Assembly (NCBI GenBank): GCA_024639325.1
Contig: JAHEIO010000009.1
Coordinates: 14 to 64,013, forward strand
Length of the DNA stretch: 64,000 nucleotides
Source of the DNA: Gammaproteobacteria bacterium
GTDB lineage: Bacteria; Pseudomonadota; Gammaproteobacteria; Arenicellales; JAANXG01
Direction: 5' to 3'
The translations under genes and the position numbers were made by a program. Below the pieces are notes generated by a model that searched no databases, was not told the DNA's origin, and saw only the letters and a program-made list of their open reading frames with translations. This document shows positions 18,346 to 27,156 of the stretch, piece after piece; within the stretch, counting starts at the first letter, position 1; each line of letters starts with the position of its first letter.

Positions 18346-19296
18346 TTACACGACGCCGACCGGCGGCCGCGTTTTTACCCCGTGTATGGCCTGTGCCAAG
18401 ATTGCGGTCAGCACGATAGCGCCGCCCAGCAGCGTCAGTTGCGACGGTATCTCACCCACGCCCAGCCACACCCAGATCGGGCCGAGCACGACCTCGGTCA
18501 GTGACAACAAGGTAATTTCGGCGGCGGGAAGGTGGCGCGACCCCAGGGTAAATAGAATCAGACCCAGACCCGCCTGAACACACCCGAGCAGCGCGCACAA
18601 TAGAAGATCGTTGGATGAGAGCGCGAAGCCCGATTGTGCGCCGGACAGCATGAACGCACCGAACAGCCCGGCCCAGACCCCGGCCCAGCACACGGCGGGG
18701 GTCATGTCGACGGCTTTTCCCTTGCGCAGCGTTACGGAAAACGCGGCGAAGCCGGTGGCCGCGCCGAGTGCGAACAGGTTGCCGGCAAGCATACCCACGG
18801 CGGCGCCTTCCGCCACCATGACCGCGACGCCCGATGACGCGAGCAGCATGTAGAGCCAGGTCGAGGACTTGACGCGTTCGGCGATGAACAGTCGCGCGAA
18901 TATCGCGGCCAGGAACGGGGCGGCTGAAAGCACGAACAATGCGTTGGCGATGGTTGTGTGGGTCATCGCAAATATCCAGCAGGCGAACCCGATGGACAGG
19001 AACGCTCCGGCCAGCGCGGCATCGGGTCCGGCCCGCCTGAATGCCCCGGACAGGTCGCCTCGGTTTCTGGCACCGACGTAGAGCAGCAGCGTGACGACCA
19101 GGGCCAATGAACGGTAGAACAGTATCTGCCACTCCGTTGCATCATGCATCAGCCGAACCACCAGCCCGGCGATACTCCAGAAGCAACCGGCGATGAGCAC
19201 CAGAACCACGCCCTGGGCGTAGTGTTGATCGTGCGTTGCTAGGGGTTCGCTAGCGACCATGGAGCTTGTCCCGGGGAAGGAATGCGAAACATACAC
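18346..19296 (-). CDS. DMT superfamily (EamA-like) transporter
   Basis: About 10 TM segments. Start uncertain: 19296, or ATG 19260 (MVASEPL). Confidence 0.8.
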   Translation of the reverse strand: MYVSHSFPGTSSMVASEPLATHDQHYAQGVVLVLIAGCFWSIAGLVVRLMHDATEWQILFYRSLALVVTLLLYVGARNRGDLSGAFRRAGPDAALAGAFLSIGFACWIFAMTHTTIANALFVLSAAPFLAAIFARLFIAERVKSSTWLYMLLASSGVAVMVAEGAAVGMLAGNLFALGAATGFAAFSVTLRKGKAVDMTPAVCWAGVWAGLFGAFMLSGAQSGFALSSNDLLLCALLGCVQAGLGLILFTLGSRHLPAAEITLLSLTEVVLGPIWVWLGVGEIPSQLTLLGGAIVLTAILAQAIHGVKTRPPVGVV

Positions 19297-19387
19297 CGGT
19301 AACGCCGCCTTTCAAATCAAAATCGTTGCCATATACCGCGATTCGCTCGCGCTGGAGGTTTGGGTCAAAACAGCGTATGTTAAGCGG

Positions 19388-19666
19388 ATGAGTGAATCTA
19401 AACCCAAAACGGAAAAATCGGCGGATTGGGCCGTTCCTTTCAAGATCATTTCGGTGACCAAGTCAGAGGGTCCGGCGGGAAATGAACAGAAAGATTGGTA
19501 TCGTTATGTGATCAGCCAGGGCAACGATCCCATCATCGGGCACCGCCGCGGCACGCGCAAGAGCGTGGTGGCGGCGGCTGAAGAAATCGTATTCAGTCTG
19601 AACGAGCGCCTGGTTGGGAAACCGGGGCGGGTCCACGTAAAGTACAAGAAAGAAAGCAGCAATTAA
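19388..19666 (+). CDS. hypothetical small basic protein
   Basis: 92 aa from ATG 19388 (MSESKPKTEK...). The track start 19259 would overlap the divergent transporter. No family recognised. Confidence 0.4.
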   Translation: MSESKPKTEKSADWAVPFKIISVTKSEGPAGNEQKDWYRYVISQGNDPIIGHRRGTRKSVVAAAEEIVFSLNERLVGKPGRVHVKYKKESSN

Positions 19667-19689
19667 CGAATAGGAAACGCGCTCATCCC

Positions 19690-19718
19690 GGACCTCTCCC
19701 GAAGAAACCGGGGGAGGT
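19690..19718 (+). terminator. 11-bp stem-loop downstream of 19388..19666
   Basis: gacctctcccg - aagaaac - cgggggaggtc (10 Watson-Crick pairs plus 1 G.U). It begins 24 nt after the stop. No U tract, so its terminator function is uncertain. Confidence 0.35.
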
Positions 19719-19803
19719 CAGGTGCTGGTCACTCCACCGGTAATATAATCCATAACGTATTCTTCTTAAGCAACATGTTGTAGTGGATTTGGAGGCCGAC
19801 CCG

Positions 19804-20595
19804 ATGCCGAATTCGATATTGCTGGACGTTCAGAACGGAGTTGCCACGATAACGCTCAATCGCCCCGATCGACTCAACAGTTTCAATGAGGAGATGCATC
19901 TTGCGCTGCAGGAGGCGTTGCGGAATGTGAAGCATCGGATTCCAGAGGTCCGGGCACTCTTGCTGACGGGTGCGGGTAAAGCATTCTGTGCCGGACAGGA
20001 TTTGAGCGACAGGAATGTTGCACCCGGAGCTGAATCGCCGGACCTCGGATATTCCCTGGAGAAATTCTACAACCCCCTGGTTCGCGCATTGGGCGATTTG
20101 CCGCTGCCGGTGATATGCGCCGTCAACGGTGTGGCTGCCGGGGCCGGGGCGAACATCGCGCTGGCGTGCGATCTCGTCCTAGCGGCACGGTCGGCGAACT
20201 TCGTGCAGGCGTTCTGCAGGCTCGGTCTGTTGCCGGACTCGGGCGGCAGCTTTTTTCTGCCGAGAACCGTCGGCTCGGCCCGGGCTATGGGATTGGCGCT
20301 GCTGGGTGACAAGCTGAGCGCACAGCAGGCCGAGGAGTGGGGCCTGATCTGGCGCAGTGTAGATGATGACGTACTAGAGGGCGAAGCGTGGCAACTCGCC
20401 GAACACCTGGCGACGCAGCCAACGTCGGGTCTGGCACTGATCAAGAAGGCGATGCATGCATCGTCCGCCAATACCCTCGACGAGCAGCTCGACCTGGAGC
20501 GGGACCTGCAGCGTCAGGCGGGCGGCAGCGCCGACTATCGGGAGGGTGTGACCGCTTTCATGGAAAAGCGCCCGCCGGAATTCAAAGGTTACTGA
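19804..20595 (+). CDS. paaG: 2-(1,2-epoxy-1,2-dihydrophenyl)acetyl-CoA isomerase (PaaG-type crotonase)
   Basis: Collinear high similarity to E. coli PaaG as I recall it: TLNRPDRLNSFN, LLLTGAGKAFCAGQDLSDRNV, FYNPLVRAL, PVICAVNGVAAGAGA, ARAMGLALLG, LDLERDLQRQAG.SADYREGV.AF..KR.P.F.G. Confidence 0.85.
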   Translation: MPNSILLDVQNGVATITLNRPDRLNSFNEEMHLALQEALRNVKHRIPEVRALLLTGAGKAFCAGQDLSDRNVAPGAESPDLGYSLEKFYNPLVRALGDLPLPVICAVNGVAAGAGANIALACDLVLAARSANFVQAFCRLGLLPDSGGSFFLPRTVGSARAMGLALLGDKLSAQQAEEWGLIWRSVDDDVLEGEAWQLAEHLATQPTSGLALIKKAMHASSANTLDEQLDLERDLQRQAGGSADYREGVTAFMEKRPPEFKGY

Positions 20596-20596
20596 C

Positions 20597-22120
20597 TTGG
20601 CGCCGCTGCACGCTTCCGATACGGTAGCGGTTGTCGGTGCCGGTACCATGGGAACCGGCATTGCCCAGATTGCCGCCGCCGCCGGCCATCCGGTGCTGCT
20701 GTACGACCATTGGCCCGATGCCGTCGACCGTTCACTGACCGCCCTCGAGAAAACCCTGGAGCGTGTTGTCGCCAGGGGAAAGATGACCCCGGAGGAACGG
20801 TTGGCCTTGCTGGCCAGGATCACGCCGTGCGGCGAACTTGCCGCGTTGAAAACCGCAAGGCTTGTCGTCGAGGCCATCGTCGAGTCGCTCGAAATCAAAC
20901 GGAAGCTGTTTGCCGATGTCGAGAAGTTGGTCGACGACGAGGCCGTCCTTGCAACCAATACCTCATCGATTTCGATCACCGCCATCGCTTCGGGGCTGCA
21001 GCGTCCGGAACGGTTGGTTGGGATGCATTTTTTCAATCCGGTGCCGCTGATGGCCCTGGTCGAGATCATCAGCGGAGTTGCCACGGAACCGCGGGTCGCG
21101 GATATGGCCTACGAAAGGGCGGCTGCCTGGGGGAAAAGTCCCGTGTACGCCAGATCCACGCCTGGATTCATCGTCAACCGGGTTGCGCGACCGTTCTATG
21201 CCGAGGCGCTTCGCGTGCTGCAGGAGGGGGCGGCGGAACCTGAAACCCTGGACGCCCTCATGCGCGATGCGGGCGGCTTCCGCATGGGGCCGTTCGAACT
21301 GATGGACCTGATCGGACACGACGTCAATTTCGCGGTGACCCGCTCGGTGTTCGAGGCCCACTACTACGATCCGCGGTTCACACCTTCACTGATCCAGCAG
21401 GAACTGGTCGAGGCGGGATTCCTCGGGCGCAAATCCGGACGCGGGTTCTTTCGCTACGATGAAGCCGAGCGGCCGCAGCCGCAAACCGCGTCCGATGTCG
21501 ATGCTCCCTCGAGTATCGTCGCGCATGGTGATCTCGGGCCGTTGGCGCCGCTGGTCGAGTTGCTGGCGTCGAAAGGCATCGATGTCGGGCGAGCCTCGCA
21601 TGAGACCGGCGGCGGCTGGATCGAACTCGACGGCAGGGTTGCCGTTGCTATGACCGATGGACGCAGCGCCACCGAACGCATGGCGACCGAACTGAAAAAG
21701 CCGCTGGTGCTTGTGGACCTAGCCCGCGACCTGGCCCAGGCAACCCGGATCGGGCTGACACCGGCCGATCAGACCACGGAATCGGAACGCGACCTGGCGG
21801 TCGGATTGTTTCAGCTGCTCGATAAAGCGGTGTCGGTCATCGCCGATGTTCCGGGCATGCTCGTCATGCGCACCGTGTGCATGCTGGCCAACGAAGCCGC
21901 CGACGCCGTCAATCAGGGTGTGTGCGACACCGAGTCCGTCGACACCGCCATGCGAAAGGGGGTCAACTATCCGCAGGGTCCGATGGAATGGGCGCGGCGA
22001 ATCGGGCTCGGCTATGTGGTCGGTGTCCTGAGCAATCTGGCCACCGGCTATGGTGAGGATCGCTATCGGGTCTCGCCGTTGCTGCGCCGATTGCTGTTTG
22101 CAGAAGCCGGTCCGCGATGA
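20597..22120 (+). CDS. paaH: 3-hydroxyacyl-CoA dehydrogenase (PaaH/PaaC-type, long form)
   Basis: 507 aa. Rossmann motif VAVVGAGTMGTGIAQIAA, HFFNPVP motif and a duplicated C-terminal dimerisation domain. The TTG start lies 1 nt after the paaG stop. Confidence 0.8.
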   Translation: MAPLHASDTVAVVGAGTMGTGIAQIAAAAGHPVLLYDHWPDAVDRSLTALEKTLERVVARGKMTPEERLALLARITPCGELAALKTARLVVEAIVESLEIKRKLFADVEKLVDDEAVLATNTSSISITAIASGLQRPERLVGMHFFNPVPLMALVEIISGVATEPRVADMAYERAAAWGKSPVYARSTPGFIVNRVARPFYAEALRVLQEGAAEPETLDALMRDAGGFRMGPFELMDLIGHDVNFAVTRSVFEAHYYDPRFTPSLIQQELVEAGFLGRKSGRGFFRYDEAERPQPQTASDVDAPSSIVAHGDLGPLAPLVELLASKGIDVGRASHETGGGWIELDGRVAVAMTDGRSATERMATELKKPLVLVDLARDLAQATRIGLTPADQTTESERDLAVGLFQLLDKAVSVIADVPGMLVMRTVCMLANEAADAVNQGVCDTESVDTAMRKGVNYPQGPMEWARRIGLGYVVGVLSNLATGYGEDRYRVSPLLRRLLFAEAGPR

Positions 22121-22491
22121 GCGATATCGGTCAGGGTATCGCAATGATTATCGAACGGGCAGGCGAACAGATCAAACTAATTGCGCTGGTCAACGATGTG
22201 TCGCTGCGTAACCTGATCCCGGCGGAGCTGGCAAAGCAATTTTGCTTTTATCAGTCGAAGCCGCAAACAGCGTTCTCACCGGTCGCGGTGACCCCCGATG
22301 AACTGGGCGACGCCAGGGACGGTTCCTGCTGCATTGCCGAGGTGCGGTGCCTGGAGACCATCGCCAACGGCAAACCCAAGACACCGTTCATGTCGTTTGG
22401 GGATCGAATCGAGATCGACATGCTCGACGCCGACGGCAGCAGTATCTTCGGCAGGATTTATCAGCGCGTAACGCAGGACAATCGGCCATGA
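22117..22491 (+). pseudogene. fumarylacetoacetate hydrolase (FAH) family remnant
   Basis: 124 aa. LVNDVSLRNLIPAELAK...SKPQTAFSPVAVTPDELG and KPKTPFMSFGDRIEIDMLDADGSSIFG match the middle and the extreme C-terminus of ~330-aa FAH-family proteins (memory). The N-terminal third and about 90 internal residues are absent. ATGA overlaps are kept at both ends. Confidence 0.55.
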
Positions 22492-23300
22492 CAGCACAAC
22501 CACCCGGGACCATAGAAGCGGACCTGCAGTATCTCGCCAACGACGAGGGGCTGGCGGTGTACATCGCCTCCGCCGGCGGCGGGGAAATCCTTCCGCACGA
22601 GGGCAACTACTTAATGCAAAAAGTAATGGTCAAGAACGGCCGCAACCGGAATTTCGATCTGGATAGGGAAGGTTTCAAGCTGGTATCGCGGGTAAGTCGG
22701 GTGAGCGATTTCTATGACGAATCCCAGATCGCCGCGGTCTACGAAGCAGAGATCGAGGCGCTGGTGAAAGAACAGGCTGGGGCGACGCGGGTGGAGGTAT
22801 TCGACCATACCCGGCGCGCCACGTCGGACCAGGTGCGCAAGGCGAGAAAAACCCGCGAGCCCGCCTCGATCGTCCACAACGATTACACTGCGGATTCCGC
22901 TCCAAAGCGGCTGAGGGACCATCACCCGGATGACGCGGAGGCGCTCCTCGGGCGTCGTTTCGCCATAGTCAATGTCTGGCGTCCGATCAGGGGACCGGTG
23001 CGAAACTTCCCGCTTGCGTTTTGTGACGCTGCCAGCGTGGCTTCAGGTGACCTGGTTCCCGTGGAGCGTCAGGCGGAAGACCGTATCGGGGAGATTCAGC
23101 TCGCCTTGTACAATCCCAGTCACAGCTGGTACTACTTTCCCGCAATGAGGACGGAAGAGGCATTGCTGTTCAAGACCTACGACTCGGCGACGGACGGCCG
23201 CGCACGGTTTACTCCACACACCTCGTTCGCGGACCCCACCGCGGCGGATCAGGCACCGCCCCGGGAAAGCATAGAAACCCGCTGTTTCGTATTCTACTGA
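22488..23300 (+). CDS. CmcJ/NvfI-like oxidoreductase family protein
   Basis: Start ATG 22488 (MTAQPPG...). The pattern NFDLDREGFKL...SDFYDESQI..VYEAEIEALVKE..GATRVEVFDHTRR is typical of that family (memory). Confidence 0.65.
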   Translation: MTAQPPGTIEADLQYLANDEGLAVYIASAGGGEILPHEGNYLMQKVMVKNGRNRNFDLDREGFKLVSRVSRVSDFYDESQIAAVYEAEIEALVKEQAGATRVEVFDHTRRATSDQVRKARKTREPASIVHNDYTADSAPKRLRDHHPDDAEALLGRRFAIVNVWRPIRGPVRNFPLAFCDAASVASGDLVPVERQAEDRIGEIQLALYNPSHSWYYFPAMRTEEALLFKTYDSATDGRARFTPHTSFADPTAADQAPPRESIETRCFVFY

Positions 23301-23453
23301 ATGCGGCGGGAGCGCCGCTCCGATAAATCCTGGTACGTCGTTAAATATTCTTGCAGGAGGCACGCCTCGCGCCGATTCGATTCATTCCAACAGCGCTGCG
23401 CGGCGATCACTTCGAGCTAGAATAACGACCTGCCAACAACCCGGGGAGGATTA

Positions 23454-24551
23454 GTGGACTACGATATTGCCGTGATCGGTGGTGGTCTGGTCGGGTCGAG
23501 CATTGCCTATGGTTTGTCGAAAAAGGGGCACGGGGTAGCGCTTCTGGACGAAGGCGACCGGGCCTTCAGGGCCTCCCGCGGAAACTTTGGTTTGATCTGG
23601 GTACAGGGCAAGGGATGGGATTTCCCCGCGTACGCCAAATGGACCGATGAAGCGGCCGGCCTCTGGCCAGCTTTCGATGCCGAATTACAGGAATCGACCG
23701 GCGTGGATCTGGGCTACACACGGCCCGGCGGCATGGAATTTTGTTTCGACGAACGTGGCTGGAACGACCTGAACGACTGTATGGCCAGGGTGAGGACCAA
23801 TAGCGATGGTGCCTTCGAATACGAAATGCTTGAACACGCCGAACTCAGGAAACGCATACCCGAGGTTTCGTCAGCGGTGATCGGCGCCAGCTATTCGCCC
23901 CGTGACGGCCACGTCAATCCACTTTACCTGTTGCGTGCTCTACACCAGCGCCTGGATGCAGGCCGGGTCGATTACCTGCCCAACCGGCATGTCGACTCAA
24001 TCGAATGCTTGCACGGTGGATTCGAACTGCGGACGAACGATGAACGGCTTGCAGCCGGCAGGGTTGTGCTGTGCGCCGGGATTGACAACGTGCGCCTCGG
24101 TAAACTGCTGGGGCTGAACATCCCGGTGCGTCCAAACCGGGGACAGTTGCTCATCACCGAAAGGGTGCAGCATTTCTTGAACTATCCGACGTTGCAGGTC
24201 AGGCAAACGCGGGAAGGCAGCCTTCAGATTGGGGATTCCCAGGAGGATGCGGGACGGGACGACGGCACGACCACCGAAGTAATGAACCGTCTGGCATCCA
24301 GGGCGGTATCGATTTTCCCCATGCTGAAAACCGTACACGTCGTCCGCGCGTGGGCGGCGCTGCGCGTAATGACTCCGGATGGCAAGCCGGTGTATCAGCA
24401 ATCCTCCCACTGCCAAGGTGCATTTGGCATTGCGTGCCACAGCGGGGTGACGTTGGCTGCCATTCATGCCGGACCGGTGGCGGACTGGGTGGCCGGCGGC
24501 AATCCTCATCCGCTGATTGCTCGATTCCATCCGGACCGATTCGATGTTTAG
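23454..24551 (+). CDS. FAD-dependent oxidoreductase, DAO family (OoxB/HcnC/LhpB-like subunit)
   Basis: The N-terminal YDIAVIGGGLVGSSIAYGL is a dinucleotide-binding motif. 365 aa with a GTG start. Confidence 0.85.
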   Translation: MDYDIAVIGGGLVGSSIAYGLSKKGHGVALLDEGDRAFRASRGNFGLIWVQGKGWDFPAYAKWTDEAAGLWPAFDAELQESTGVDLGYTRPGGMEFCFDERGWNDLNDCMARVRTNSDGAFEYEMLEHAELRKRIPEVSSAVIGASYSPRDGHVNPLYLLRALHQRLDAGRVDYLPNRHVDSIECLHGGFELRTNDERLAAGRVVLCAGIDNVRLGKLLGLNIPVRPNRGQLLITERVQHFLNYPTLQVRQTREGSLQIGDSQEDAGRDDGTTTEVMNRLASRAVSIFPMLKTVHVVRAWAALRVMTPDGKPVYQQSSHCQGAFGIACHSGVTLAAIHAGPVADWVAGGNPHPLIARFHPDRFDV

Positions 24552-24858
24552 AACTCTGACAACGGTCCGCCGGAATTTGATCCGTTTCACGCTCGATGGG
24601 CAATTCCACCAGGCGCCGGCGGGAATCAGCGTTGCCGCGGCGCTGTTGACCGCTGTCCGGTTCAGCCGCCGCAGCGTCGTCTCCGGCCGCGGGCGCGGCC
24701 CGTATTGCATGATGGGCACGTGCTTTGATTGTCTGGTATGCATCGACGGCGAACCCAATCAGCAGGCGTGCATGGTGACGCTGCGGGAGGGCATGAATAT
24801 CGAAACACAGACCGGCATCAGGGATCTCGATACAGGAACCACAGCGGACATGGATTAA
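24544..24858 (+). CDS. (2Fe-2S)-binding small subunit (HcnA/LhpF-like)
   Basis: About 104 aa from ATG 24544, overlapping the upstream stop. Cys cluster GPYCMMGTCFDCLVCIDG...QACM. Confidence 0.8.
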   Translation: MFRTLTTVRRNLIRFTLDGQFHQAPAGISVAAALLTAVRFSRRSVVSGRGRGPYCMMGTCFDCLVCIDGEPNQQACMVTLREGMNIETQTGIRDLDTGTTADMD

Positions 24859-26232
24859 ATGAAAGCTCGATATTCACTCGTCGTCGTGGGAGCCGGACCG
24901 GCGGGAATGGCCGCGGCCAGGTGTGCGGCGGCGCACGGGGTCGATGTCGCGCTGCTGGATGAGCAGGAGCGACCGGGAGGGCAGATATATCGTAGCGTCG
25001 ATGATTCGCCGCTGTCTGATCCCTCTCTGCTGGGAAGCGACTACCTTTACGGTAGGCAGCATGTAGCAGAGTTCCGCAATGCGGATATCGACTACTTTCC
25101 AGGGACAACGGTATGGAATCTTGACCGGAATCGTGACGTCAGCGTGCTGGTTGACGGCAAGAGCCGGGGCCTTGGCGCCGACCGTATCGTTATTGCCACC
25201 GGTGCCCAGGAGCGGCCCATGCCGGTGCCGGGCTGGCAGTTGCCCGGCGTCATGACGGCCGGCGCCGGGCAGATCCTGCTCAAGTCCGCCGCCATCGTCC
25301 CTCCCGACGATGTCGTGCTGGCGGGCAGCGGACCCCTTCTTCTGTTAATGGCATCGCAGTACCTCAAAGCCGGCGTCGGGATCCAGGCAATCCTTGACAC
25401 CACGCCGCGAAGCAACCGGCCCGGTGCTGTCCGCCACCTGATCGGGGCATTGGAATCTGCATCGTACCTGGCCAAGGGTATGGGCCTGATCGCGTCGATA
25501 CGGCAGAGCAGGGTCCCGGTCTACAAAGAGGTCACCGCGCTGAACGCCCACGGTGATGAGGTGTTGGAGGCGGTGAGATTCAATAGCCGTGGTCGAGACC
25601 ATGAATTGCCCACGGGAACCCTGATGTTGCATATCGGCGTCATTCCCCAAGTGCACCTGGCGATGGCCGCGGATTGTGAAGTTCGCTGGGACGAAGCGCA
25701 GTTGTGTTGGCGGCCCGGCCTGGATCAATGGCTCTGCAGTACGGTCCCAGGAATTGGCATCGCCGGTGATGGCGCGGGGATTGTGGGGGCACGGGCATCG
25801 CAGCTGCAGGGCCGGCTTGCCGGGCTCCAATGCGTATACGAACTCGGTGCTTTGACCCGCGATCAACGCGACCTGAAGGCCGTTGCCATCAGAAAGACCC
25901 TCGACAAACATCTCGCCATTCGTCCGTTTCTGGATTCGATGTACCGGCCGTCGCCGGAATTCCTGACCCCGGTTGACGATACCATGGTGTGTCGGTGTGA
26001 GGAGGTCAGCGCCGGCGAGATCCGGGAGATTGCCAGGCTGGGTTGCCAGGGCCCGAATCAGGCCAAGGCATTCAGCCGCTGCGGCATGGGGCCGTGTCAG
26101 GGCCGTCAATGCGGCAGCACCGTCGCCGCGCTCATCGCGGAGGTGCAGGGACGCAAAATATCGGACGTGGGGTATTACCGTGTGCGGCCGCCGGTCAAGC
26201 CGATTACTCTGGGTCAGATGGGTAACTCGTAA
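24859..26232 (+). CDS. FAD/NAD(P)-binding oxidoreductase (OoxA/HcnB/LhpE-like subunit)
   Basis: YSLVVVGAGPAGMAAA motif. C-terminal Cys-rich BFD-like segment VCRCEEVSAGEI...CGMGPCQGRQC. The start directly abuts the previous stop. Confidence 0.85.
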   Translation: MKARYSLVVVGAGPAGMAAARCAAAHGVDVALLDEQERPGGQIYRSVDDSPLSDPSLLGSDYLYGRQHVAEFRNADIDYFPGTTVWNLDRNRDVSVLVDGKSRGLGADRIVIATGAQERPMPVPGWQLPGVMTAGAGQILLKSAAIVPPDDVVLAGSGPLLLLMASQYLKAGVGIQAILDTTPRSNRPGAVRHLIGALESASYLAKGMGLIASIRQSRVPVYKEVTALNAHGDEVLEAVRFNSRGRDHELPTGTLMLHIGVIPQVHLAMAADCEVRWDEAQLCWRPGLDQWLCSTVPGIGIAGDGAGIVGARASQLQGRLAGLQCVYELGALTRDQRDLKAVAIRKTLDKHLAIRPFLDSMYRPSPEFLTPVDDTMVCRCEEVSAGEIREIARLGCQGPNQAKAFSRCGMGPCQGRQCGSTVAALIAEVQGRKISDVGYYRVRPPVKPITLGQMGNS

Positions 26233-26334
26233 CGTGCGACGATTCGCGCCCAAGTGATCTACCTGGCATGGTCAATTAAGATGTGAACGATTCTCGGTGA
26301 ACTCTGTGATATTCAAAAAGTGAGGAGCCAAACT

Positions 26335-27156
26335 ATGCGTGAGGGACTGGTTACTGAAAAGGACATCGAAGACTTCGAAACAGACGGCGTTGTTTGCCTG
26401 CGCGGCGTGTTCGAGGCGGCATGGCTGGAAAAACTGGCGGCGGGGCTCGACAAGAACTTTGCCGATCCGGGTCCGGACGGCACGATGTATACAGAAAAGG
26501 GCGGGCCGGGGGGCTTCTATGACGACTACTGCAACTGGAGGCGTATACCGGAGTACCGCGCGTTCGTGTTGACCTCTCCTGCGGGCGAGGTCGCCGGGCG
26601 ACTGACCCGTTCCCGAACCGCGCGAATCTATCACGAGCACGTGCTGGTCAAGGAGCCCGGCACCCGGGAGGTCACCCCCTGGCACCATGATCTGACCTAC
26701 TACGGCGTCGACGGCGAGCAACTTTGTTCCATCTGGCTGCCGCTGGACCCGGTGCCGCAGTCGGCGTGCCCCGAGTTCGTCGCCGGGTCCCATCTCGGCG
26801 GAAAGTTGTATTACCCGCGCCTGTTCATCGATCACCGCAATTACGCCGACGGCGCCGATGGTTACGAGACCGTGCCCGACATCGAAAGCAATCGTAGCAA
26901 TCACACCATCCTGTCGTGGCAACTCGAGCCGGGCGATTGCATCGTGTTCCACATGCGCACCTTGCACGGCGCGCCGGGGACGAGCGATCTGAAGACGCGC
27001 CGACGGGGATTTTCCACCCGCTGGCTGGGGGATGACGCCCGCTTCGCCGTCCGTCCCTGGAAAACATCGCCGCCCTACCCGGAGGTCAGCCTCACCGCGG
27101 GCGAGCGCATGGAACACGCCTCATTTCCGGTGGTGTGGACGGCTCAGGACGGGTAA
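26335..27156 (+). CDS. phytanoyl-CoA dioxygenase (PhyH) family Fe(II)/2-oxoglutarate-type oxygenase
   Basis: GAGGAG lies 6 nt before ATG 26335. WHHD (HxD) motif and a distal His in FHMRTLHGAPG. Confidence 0.8.
   Translation: MREGLVTEKDIEDFETDGVVCLRGVFEAAWLEKLAAGLDKNFADPGPDGTMYTEKGGPGGFYDDYCNWRRIPEYRAFVLTSPAGEVAGRLTRSRTARIYHEHVLVKEPGTREVTPWHHDLTYYGVDGEQLCSIWLPLDPVPQSACPEFVAGSHLGGKLYYPRLFIDHRNYADGADGYETVPDIESNRSNHTILSWQLEPGDCIVFHMRTLHGAPGTSDLKTRRRGFSTRWLGDDARFAVRPWKTSPPYPEVSLTAGERMEHASFPVVWTAQDG

Noticed and set aside
23454-26232. Annotating the three-subunit flavoenzyme as hydrogen cyanide synthase HcnABC.
   Set aside because: The architecture is shared with opine oxidases and D-hydroxyproline dehydrogenase. 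The gene order here (DAO-type, 2Fe-2S, then NAD/FAD subunit) and the neighbours do not single out Hcn. Specificity cannot be read by eye.
27121-27156. The 36-nt convergent overlap of the PhyH and rhodanese genes as a sign of misannotation.
   Set aside because: Both ORFs carry strong domain signatures up to near their ends and no alternative stop exists. Convergent 3' overlaps of this size do occur.
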